Of a stretch of 64,000 nucleotides of DNA, positions 26,120 through 35,790 are shown in pieces. The position numbers were made by a program, and so were the translations under genes. Location: contig NC_043000.1 in assembly GCF_006345805.1 (NCBI RefSeq), positions 105,276,001 to 105,340,000 of the forward strand, written 5' to 3'. The stretch is from Octopus sinensis (Eukaryota). The notes below the pieces were generated by a model. It was not told the DNA's origin. It worked only from the letters and a program-made list of their open reading frames with translations, and searched no databases. Numbering within the stretch: position 1 is the first letter of the stretch; every line of letters begins with the position of its first letter.

Positions 26120-26226
26120 ATTCCTTACTGATGAATCTAAGGGCCTATGGTAGATTGGCTTGATTTAATTTAATCAGGTTAGTTTACCATTAAACAGTAG
26201 AAGAAACGGTGCATCGTATAAGGAAT
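26120..26226 (+). ncRNA. Type I hammerhead ribozyme fold (copy 3)
   Basis: Stem I 26120-26127/26219-26226, CTGATGA 26128-26134, GAAA 26203-26206, GTA 26216-26218. Confidence 0.82.
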
Positions 26227-26608
26227 TTCAGGGTAAATGTTTTTTAATTTTCTCCTGGTTTACGGAATTAATGTTATTTTGCGGTTGAAGCTTTTTGGCT
26301 GTTATTTCTAGTGGGTGAATGGCCTATTATGGCCGTTCCTTGATTGTGATATTGAACTTAAAAATGGTTTATGACTATTTAATTTTTTCCCACTAGGCCG
26401 CTGGGGGCAAAAGAATTCTACAAAATTTTTTTGCCTCCCTATATTGATTAATTATGAATTTTCTGGTTGGTTCCGTATGGAATCGGCAGCTTATATTTAT
26501 TTGCTGCCGATAAATTTGGCGCGAGTGCGACGATTTGAAAATTTTAGGTCAGATATTGCGAGGCATGGACGAGAATGCCTCGTGAAAAATATCTGTTCCG
26601 ATTTGGCT

Positions 26609-26713
26609 ATTCCTTACTGATGATCTAAGGGCCTATGGTAGATTGGCTTGATTTAATTTAATCAGGTTAGTTTACCATTAAACAGTAGAAGAACGGTGCA
26701 TCGTATAAGGAAT
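26609..26713 (+). ncRNA. Hammerhead fold (copy 4) with single-base deletions at the core
   Basis: Reads CTGATGA-TCTA and GAAGAAC instead of CTGATGAATCTA and GAAGAAAC; mutation or assembly error. Confidence 0.6.
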
Positions 26714-27095
26714 TTCAGGGTAAATGTTTTTTAATTTTCTCCTGGTTTACGGAATTAATGTTATTTTGCGGTTGAAGCTTTTTGGCTGTTATTTCTAGTG
26801 GTGAATGGCCTATTATGGCCGTTCCTTGATTGTGATATTGAACTTAAAAATGGTTTATGACTATTTAATTTTTTCCCACTAGGCGCTGGGGGCAAAAGAA
26901 TTCTACAAAATTTTTTTGCCTCCCTATATTGATTAATTATGAATTTTCTGGTTGGTTCCGTAATGGAATCGGCAGCTTATATTTATTTGCTGCCGATAAA
27001 TTTGGCGCGAGTGCGACGATTTGAAAATTTTAGGTCAGATATTGGCGAGGCATGGACGAGAATGCCTCGTGAAAAATATCTGTTCCGATTTGGCT

Positions 27096-27201
27096 ATTCC
27101 TTACTGATGAATCTAAGGGCCTATGGTAGATTGGCTTGATTTAATTTAATCAGGTAGTTTACCATTAAACAGTAGAAGAAACGGTGCATCGTATAAGGAA
27201 T
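27096..27201 (+). ncRNA. Type I hammerhead ribozyme fold (copy 5)
   Basis: Core intact; CTGATGA 27104-27110, GAAA 27178-27181, GTA 27191-27193. Confidence 0.8.
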
Positions 27202-27581
27202 TTCAGGGTAAAGTTTTTTTATTTTCTCCTGGTTTACGGATTAATGTTATTTTGCGGTTGAAGCTTTTTGGCTGTATTTCTAGTGGGTGAATGGCCTATT
27301 ATGGCCGTTCCTTGATTGTGATATTGAACTTAAAAATGGTTTATGACTATTTAATTTTTTCCCACTAGGCCGCTGGGGGCAAAAGAATTCTACAAAATTT
27401 TTTTGCCTCCCTATATTGATTAATTATGAATTTTCTGGTTGGTTCCGTAATGGAATCGGCAGCTTATATTTATTTGCTGCCGATAAATTTGGCGCGAGTG
27501 CGACGATTTGAAAATTTTAGGTCAGATATGGCGAGGCATGGACGAGAATGCCTCGTGAAAAATATCTGTTCCGATTTGGCT

Positions 27582-27685
27582 ATTCCTTACTGATGAATCT
27601 AAGGCCTATGGTAGATTGGCTTGATTTAATTTAATCATTAGTTTACCATTAAACAGTAGAAGAAACGGTGCATCGTATAAGGAAT
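27582..27685 (+). ncRNA. Type I hammerhead ribozyme fold (copy 6)
   Basis: Core intact; three bases missing in the stem II extension; GTA 27675-27677. Confidence 0.75.
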
Positions 27686-27812
27686 TTCAGGGTAAATGTT
27701 TTTTAATTTTCTCCGGTTTACGGAATTAATGTTATTTTGCGGTTGAAGCTTTTTGGCTGTTATTTCTAGTGGGTGAATGGCCTATTATGGCCGTTCCTTG
27801 ATTGTGATATAT

Positions 27813-27847
<35 letters not shown>

Positions 27848-27961
27848 CTATATATTATTATACATACATGCATACATATATACCTACATACATACATGCA
27901 TGCATACATCATACATCCATACATACATACATACATACATACATACTACATCATACATACA

Positions 27962-27993
<32 letters not shown>

Positions 27994-28994
27994 CACTCAC
28001 ACACCTAGACGCACACAGAAGGCATTGGTCGACCTGTGACTTTAATGGAAAACACTTGCCCAGGATACCGTGCTGTGGGACTAAAACCGAAACCACATGG
28101 TTGCAAAGCGAGTCCCATAACTACACAACTGTCCCCGAGTCTTACACACACTCACACAACGTTTTTTTTTTTGTTTGTTTTTCAAGCTTCTGAATGTAAA
28201 AACGTGCATTGAAACAGATGTCATATCTTGGGAATGTTGTTTTGTTAATAAGAAGCACACGCACTGATTTTATTTCACTTCTTTTTATTATCATGATTAT
28301 TATTCAACTAGCTAACCTATTAACCAATTAATCCATTGCTTAGTTAATCGTGCAATTAATCAGTTGATCAATATGTTTGTGTCAGTCTTTTAATTGCCTA
28401 TCTGTTTCGACACAGTTTGACAATAATTGTTTCTGATTTAGGTATAAAGCCAACAATTTTAGAAAGGAAGCTGTTAATTGATTACATAGACACCTATGTT
28501 TTACTGGTATTTTCTTTTATCGAGGCCGCAAGAACGAGAGACTAAGTTAACCTCGGTGAGATTTGAACTCAGAACGTAGAGAATCGGATAAAGTACCACA
28601 AGAAATTTTTATTCCACTTTCAATAGAACTGGTGCATATGTTTCCTATCTAGAAAATGACCACCCAAGATGCAGTATATATACACACACATCTATATACA
28701 TATATATGTGCATATACATATATGTATGTGTGTACATGTGTATGTGTGCATGTGTATACACACAAACACACATACACACACACAGACACACACACACACA
28801 CAAGCACACATACATGTTTATAGAAGCAGATATTATGCACATAGAAATGAGCTATTCCAAAACACGTATATATGCATACACAACACTATGCTAACATGCG
28901 CAAAACACACACCCACGCACACTCCCACGTACATACACACCACATACACACAAATACACACTCACACAAACCACTATGCCAACACACGCACACG

Positions 28995-29400
28995 CTGAAA
29001 ACTTGTATAGCCATAAACCAGAACATATCCCTAAAAACGACTATGTAAAGGTACTTTGGGATATGAAAATTGAAATGGATAGGCAAATAGAACATCCATA
29101 CTCAGATATTGTTATAGTCAATAAAGAGGAGCGAGCGTATTGTTTAATCAATGCTGCTTGTCCCTTTGATACTTGCTTGCTAAACAAAGAACACGAGAAG
29201 ATAGAAAAATATCTTGGTTTTAAGTGCGAAATTCAGAACACTTGGAATTGCAGGAAAATTACTATTATCCCAATTATAAAAGGAATTTACAGAGATTGAG
29301 TTATTGTATATCAAAATAAATATCCTGACTCTACTAAAAGCTTGTTTGTTTAACCCAAGAACAATAAAAAAAAGTACTGCAGAGTGTAGTTGGATATCTA
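28995..29400 (+). mobile_element. R4/Dong-clade LINE fragment (restriction-like endonuclease region)
   Basis: YSHKPEHIPKNDYVKVLWDMKIEMDRQIEHPYSDIVIVNKEE...KEHEKIEKY...IIPII is a decayed RLE PD-(D/E)xK region, homologous to 50050-50470. Confidence 0.8.
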
Positions 29401-31960
29401 GCGATTTATGTTTCCAATTTTCATCCACCTTTTACAAAAGCTACGTAGGGGCCAGCACCTACCGCTTATCTTCACCGTCCTCTTCAAGAGTAAATTGAAA
29501 AAGTTGATGAGAGCTTGGCCGAAGAGGAAAGTGCCTACTTTCACTCATTTCAGTCACACTCACTACAAAATCTCTTTCATCATGGCCACAAATAAAGAAA
29601 ACAATATCTGCCTTTCCAGGCCAAGAGAAGACAATGAGGTACTTTTTTTTACAATAGATTCAGCTGACAGCCGGATCCATCCTACACATGATCACAGCTT
29701 TTAGACAAAAACTTCAGCAGTTAGTATGTACAAGTTTCGTCATTCAGCAAGCATATTGAATAAGCCCAGCTAACGGTACTACTGTGCCCCCAGAGATAGT
29801 TTCGAACCAGCAATGTCTCCCGCTTGGACCACCATCCAAGAATTTTTGGAAATTATCCATTGTTCCCGGAACAGACCATCCGATTACTTTTCGTCGGCGA
29901 CCAGTGTTCCTTAAGAACGTCATCGCCTTCCCTCACCACTAGTTCTTAACTGATCCTAACATAGAAATAATAGGCGTAATACCGACTTGTGAGCACCTGG
30001 CAACATTCCATATTCCAGGTACCTAGTTTAAGTCTCTGCCTGACCTAGAACTGCAGTTCTGTCAAAGAGACAAAATGCAGGAGAAAAGTGCATGACAAAC
30101 GGCAACCACACATATTCACAATCCAAGAATTTTTGTATGTGTCGTAACCTCAGCGCATGTCTGTATATCATCAATCACAAAATGCCGAGCCATCAGCACA
30201 TAGGGTATCGGTAGCAGATGGTCCCCTTAGCAGTGGAATGCGTTCCCTACTCAAGGAGCGAAAGGGCATCCGCTGCAATCTGGTCGGACGAAAATTAGTG
30301 TAAGGTACAATGATCTGAGGATAATATATAACTGGTGCAAAGCGCATATTCGCCACCTTTCCACAACTTTTCAAGGATAGTGTCCTTGCAGTTTATTTCT
30401 ATATGATGCTCGTACCTACCTTACCAAGCGCCGAAAAGCAAACCCACCGAATTGTCCAGGTCAATCTTTGCTCCTATCACCACCTCGTATGTTTGGAACG
30501 ATGCCGACCACCTAAGATTATGTTGTGCTCAACACCAATATAGTCTCGTCATTTGCATATGCCGACACGTTTCTCTCGTCTCTCAGTTTGGTTTGAGATT
30601 CAGTACAACATCAAATCATGATGGCATTAAGTGTCCATTTAAACCGAGCAAATGTTGCAGTGCATTGAAATGATTCAACTTCTATAACAGGACTAAGACA
30701 GGTTGCACTGAGAACAGCCGCCAAGTAGCGATGTTCAGCTCTTGATAGCTTTCGATTGATCGAAATTAATCAGAACCGTACTGGCGCTAGGTTTGTAACC
30801 CGTACTTTCAACGAATCGCCTGAGGAAAGTGTTGTCTTGAATATCAATTATGCTCCCCTCGCTCGCCTATTTCCTTGTCTGTGCTACCGTTTCTCGGCTT
30901 ACAGAACTGGAAATTCTCCTGTTCTTCTTGTAGATGTAGCAGATGTCTGCCAAGATGTCAACATATATACGTTAAGCTGTACCCTCCAAACCAAGCGATT
31001 TCTTCCTTGCACAATCTATTTTTGTCTTATCGCAATTTCTTTGGTATACAAATCACTCTCTTCAGGCAGCCCAAACGCCAGTTATTGACAAATGCTCCAG
31101 TGAACATAACTAGTTCGTTACTTCGATCAGTGTAAGGCTTTGTGCTCTGGGAACGACGCATTCAGTTTCCAATAGCCGGGTCATAATCTATGCGTTCCAT
31201 AAAATCAACTGTGCAGCTCACAAATCTGTAATCTGTACAACCAACAGTTTTCAATTATAGGAATTCTACACTATGTTTGTCCCCTGGCCTAACAAATACT
31301 CAATTTTAAATATGATCTGAATAGTTCGATGCGATTTCTCTTTGCTCATAGTGGTGCATTCGGTGAAACCAATGAGGTGTTTTGTTCGGATGTTTTCTCT
31401 TTTGTTCTGTAGGTTCTTAGATGCTTCTGCGTGTGTGGAAACTAGGCCTTCTGCTCCCCACTATATCATGTAGTTGGGTTCTGTTTCAGAAGTCTATTAG
31501 ATCTGGATTTTTTTCCCAAGTTTTTCATGTTATTTCTCAATTAGGAACTCCTCTCCAATTCTTGACCAATTTTCAAGGCAATGTTTTTCGTCCAGTAATG
31601 AGATCCTCTCTCTAGATCCTCTCTCTAGAGGATCTACCAAACGTCTCATGTACGTGAGAGTGAGAACAAAGCGCTTACTCCTGCACGCAATGACATAGCA
31701 TGCTCCTATGCATGAGCTTCGGAGAAAAATCTTACATCCATACCCCCATATTATCTGGCCCGAGTAACGAAGTCGATATCGTTCAGTATTTTTAAAAGCT
31801 CTCTTCCATATAGGCGCGAGTGGTCTTTTCTTAACGGACACACACCGTATGTCATTATTGTTTGTTTTTGCGGTGCTGCATTCTTTTCAGAAACTCTGAG
31901 GGTATTGCTAATGTGGCTTTCCTCTCACCTTTTCCTGGCGAGTTTTTGCGCTAACCGCAT
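29390..31960 (-). mobile_element. Decayed L1/Tx1-clade LINE (endonuclease, RT, C-terminus)
   Basis: Minus-strand remnants NVSAYANDETILV (RT motif), LSLKSCGKVANMRFAPVIYY and LLKRTVKI. Many stops and frameshifts. Confidence 0.7.
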
Positions 31961-33019
31961 GTTTGTTTGTTTCTATCCAGAGATATTTTGCAGCTCCTGC
32001 AGCCCTTTACGCTGATCTTGCTATATGTTGTTTATGCGTTACGTTATCGTTGCTGCCGCTGTTTCTTGTATTTCAGGCGGTTTCAATGAATGTGGAAATG
32101 ACGTGGAGGAAGTGAAAATTTTTCTTCCCCCTTTTTTTTTTTGTGGAGAAGTGCTTGTGTTGTTGGTCGACAGATTGGTGGCAGAATTAGTTTTCTGGCC
32201 ATCACTACAGTGGTGGGAACACTTATATTAGTGATAATAGTACTTTCCTCATTCTCGGTGCTATTATTCTCCTTCGCCTCACTTTCGTTGGGTTTTTTTT
32301 TTTGGGGGGGGGGGTCATTGTCACGTCAATGCTGTTTCTGTTGTGTTTGTTATTGATGCTATTATCACTACTATTATAAAGTCTGACATGGTAGCGAGCA
32401 AGGAGAATCGTTAGCACGCCGGATGAAATGCTTAGTTCAAATTCCTGCGAGGTTGACTTTGCCTTTCATCCTTGCAGGGTCGATGTAATCTCCTCAAAAA
32501 CTAGTGGCCTTGTACCAAAATGTGAAACCATTATCAAGTTTCACAGAGCCATAAAAACCTATTTCTTAAAAATAACGAAATGAGAGCTATTACAATGGAT
32601 GCGTCCATTATTATCTTTGTTGGTGGTGATGGGGATTATGAAATTACTGAGGATATTTCTTGGTTTGTTGTGGCTACTAGCAGTTCATGCATGTATTATA
32701 GTTAGTTGCGATGGTACTGCCGCAAAATTTCTGTTAAAAAACTTTCTTCGCAGCAAGCGATGAACTCTACCGAATTGCTACAACATCCATAATTACCACC
32801 ACTCATTTCTCCTCTTTTCTCATAAGTCAACGTTGTTGACATTTTTGTATAATATGAATGCTAGATTGCAGGCGATGGTGTAAATAGCAGTTATTTCCTA
32901 ATTAGTGAAGACACTGAGTGCTTTTAAACCCTCTCTTTCCTGAGTATGTTACGAAGAGAAATATGTTTTTACACTTAGAGAATGTCGATGGGCAACATTT
33001 GAGCAGCACAGACACAATA

Positions 33020-33460
33020 ATAATAATTTGGCTTCAAAGCTGAATGCCAGAGAGATCATTTCGGCAATAAACCCACGCGCTGTCGCAGTAGTTCGGTACG
33101 AAGCTGGAATCGTGAAGTGGACAGAGAAGGAGCTAAAAGAGATGGACAAGAAGTCAAAAAATTCCTAACGATGGAGTGCATCATCCACGCGCAGACACTG
33201 ATCGCCTATACATGAAGAGAGCAAATGGAGGAAGAGGACTGATAAGTGTGGAAGACCGCTTAATAAGGTTCCTAGCCCAAAGTAAGGAAACCTTGCTAGT
33301 GACATTTAGGAACAAGAGGGTATTGAAAGCAGAGAAAAAAGGAAAAACAAAGGAAGAAGTACAAAAGGTCATGAAGAATTACGCAAGAAGAGACTACACA
33401 ATCAATTCCATATAGCCACAACAGGAGTTGCTGGAAGAAATAGGTGGGATTGGCTGATGA
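33020..33460 (+). mobile_element. R4/Dong-clade LINE fragment (post-RT region)
   Basis: SKLNAREIISAIN..AVAVVRY.AGIVKWTEKELKEMDKK and HHPRADTDRLYMKRANGGRGLISVED are homologous to 49185-49670. Confidence 0.8.
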
Positions 33461-33639
33461 AATGAACACTAATACATTCATATATATATATAAGAATGTA
33501 TTTGCGTGTGTGTATAGTATAGGTTAGTTAAAGCATGCTTGCAATGATAAGTGTCGCGTGATGAAAATAAACGCAATTACCAAACTTTCATTCATAAATC
33601 CATTTATTATTTCGTTCTTTTGCATTGCAATTTGTACAT

Positions 33640-33965
33640 TTGTACCCAGAAATTTTCAACAACTGCACACCAGAAGAAATAGAAAAAAAATTCCCAGAAT
33701 TAAACTTAGCCCAAGTGATGCAAATATTCCATTCACACTAAGCAGACTTCAGTTTGCACGTTGACTTGCATATTCAATGACAATCAATAAGGCTCAAGGG
33801 CAAACATTTGAAAAAGTTGGAATACATTTGCCTCAACCAGTATTTTCTCAAGAGCACGAGCTATGAACAATATCAAAGAGTTATGACACTCAATTGGGAT
33901 AACAGACAAAGCCAAAAACGTGGTGTGACATACACACAAAATATTGTCTACTATGAAGTACTGTG
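33640..33965 (+). mobile_element. Helitron PIF1-type helicase C-terminal fragment
   Basis: KIPRIKLSPSDANIPFTLSRLQF.R.LAYSMTINKAQGQTFEKVGIHLPQPVFS...NIVYYEVL* matches helicase motifs V-VI of Helitron RepHel. Confidence 0.85.
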
Positions 33966-34139
33966 AGGAAGACCACCGCACCAGCTAGCACCACCAGCAC
34001 ACCAGCCGCTCCATCATTACACAACCACATTACACCTTTAAGATCGGGGGACCAGTTAGGGGCCCGCTGGATCTCTCTCGGCATACCAGCAAACCACAAA
34101 ATCGCACCAGCCAGCATCACCACTACCTCCAAGCCCATC

Positions 34140-34174
<35 letters not shown>

Positions 34175-34259
34175 TGTATGTATGTATGTATGTATGTATG
34201 TATGCATGCATGCATGTATGTATGTATGTATGTTGTATGCATGCATGTATGTATGTGTG

Positions 34260-34470
34260 TGTGTGTTTGTCACACCACCAGCATTGCTTGACAACCGATG
34301 TTGGTGCATTTGCATCCCAGTAATTTAGCTGTTCAGCAGAAGACACTGATAGAATAAGCACCAGGCTTACAGGGAATAAGTCCAGGGGTTAATTTCTTTG
34401 ACTAAAGGGTGGTGCTCCGGCATGCCCACCGTGAAATAACTGAAACAAGTAAATGAATAAAAGAATACCA
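34260..34470 (+). mobile_element. SINE body module
   Basis: Matches 721-925. Confidence 0.7.
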
Positions 34471-34479
34471 TAAAAACGC

Positions 34480-34750
34480 TTCCTCCCTTTTCTCCCCTCC
34501 TTGCAATTTTCCAGGAAGTATCCACCGTCCTTGGACTTTTCTAGGAAGTCCTTCCATCCTTCCTGCCTTCCTCGGACTTTACCAGGAAGTCTTTTATCCC
34601 CTTCCTCCCTATCCTCGGACTTTTCCAGGAAGGCCTTCTTTCCCTCTTTGGACTTTTCCAGGAAATCTTTCCTCCCCTTCCTCTCCATGTTCAAACTTTT
34701 CCAGGAAGTCCCCCTCCTCGGACTTTTCCAGAAAGTTCTTCCTCCTCTAT
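34480..34750. repeat. Degenerate pyrimidine-rich minisatellite with recurring 'ggacttttccaggaag'
   Basis: Seven related cores spaced 30-45 bp apart. Confidence 0.8.
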
Positions 34751-34754
34751 ATGA

Positions 34755-34790
<36 letters not shown>

Positions 34791-35119
34791 ACACATAAGT
34801 ATATGTGTATTGGTATACATACAATCTAGTATACGTAATTATTTAGTCATTGGTGTTACGTTACTTTCTATATTCTGTATATGTCACCATATACTTTTCT
34901 AAGCCAGAAATTTTTGTGGGAAGGGAGCCAGTTGGTTAGATCAACTCCAGTACACAACTGGTACTTAATTTATCGACTCTCGAAAGGACGATAGGTAAAG
35001 TCGATCTCGGAAGAATTTGACCTCAGAACGTTAAAGACAGACGGTCATAACCTACAAATATTTCTCACGGCATATACACCAGTATGTTTACCGTGAATTT
35101 TTCACGGGTCCAACTAGTT

Positions 35120-35125
35120 ATTATG

Positions 35126-35156
<31 letters not shown>

Positions 35157-35260
35157 TATGTTTGACTTTTGCTTTATGTCTGTACAAGTTGGCTCCAAGT
35201 CTCACCCAGAGACCTCAAGAGACAACAGGTTGGAAGTTCACGTTGTTGTTATGCCTAGTG
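35120..35260 (-). mobile_element. Probable R4/Dong-type 3' UTR with (TAA)n tail
   Basis: Minus strand 'tgaggtctctgggtgagacttggagcc...' is followed directly by (AAT)n. Confidence 0.35.
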
Positions 35261-35359
35261 TGCCATATATTTGGGGGTTTTTTTGGTGTTGTACTAGTGA
35301 ATGTCTAATACATAAATTAAAAAAAAAAAATTATTATTATTATTATTATTATTATTCAA

Positions 35360-35685
35360 GTGGCGAGCTGGCAGAAACGTTAGCACGCCGGGCGAAATGC
35401 GTAGCCGTATTTCGTCTGCCGTTACGTTCTGAGTTCAAATTCCGCCGAGGTCGACTTTGCCTTTCATCCTTTCGGGGTTGATAAATTAAGTACCAGTTAC
35501 GCACTGGGGTCGATGTAATCGACTTAATCCGTTTGTCTGTCCTTGTTTGTCCCCTCTGTGTTTAGCCCCTTGTGGGTAGTAAAGAAATAGGTATTTCGTC
35601 CGTCTTTACGTTCTGAGTTCAAATTCCGCCGAAGTCGACTTTGCTTTTCTTCCTTTCGGGGTTGATAAATTTAGTACCAGTGCAA
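35360..35685 (+). mobile_element. Well-preserved SINE with internal duplication of its core
   Basis: 'gtatttcgtc...gttctgagttcaaattccgccga.gtcgactttgc...ttcggggttgataaatt.agtaccag' occurs at ~35408 and again at ~35591. Confidence 0.8.
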
Positions 35686-35702
35686 TAATAATAATAATAA
35701 TA

Positions 35703-35735
<33 letters not shown>

Positions 35736-35790
35736 ATGCCCTGGGGAAGCACCAGGTAGTGGCTTTCATGACTTCTCATCTTAACTGATT

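Larger units (their letters stand above)
24711..27810. mobile_element. Hammerhead-containing tandem array (~487-bp units) with central inversion; retrozyme-like
   Basis: Units start at 24711, 25197 and 25685 (truncated at ~25971). Inverted units run 25976-26450, 26451-26935, 26936-27422 and 27423-27810 (truncated). (TA)n on both flanks. Confidence 0.9.

Noticed and set aside
26939-27139. 66-aa ORF repeated in the hammerhead array (also 25482-25691)
   Set aside because: No recognisable domain, disrupted by indels in other copies, and it overlaps structured RNA including the ribozyme core.
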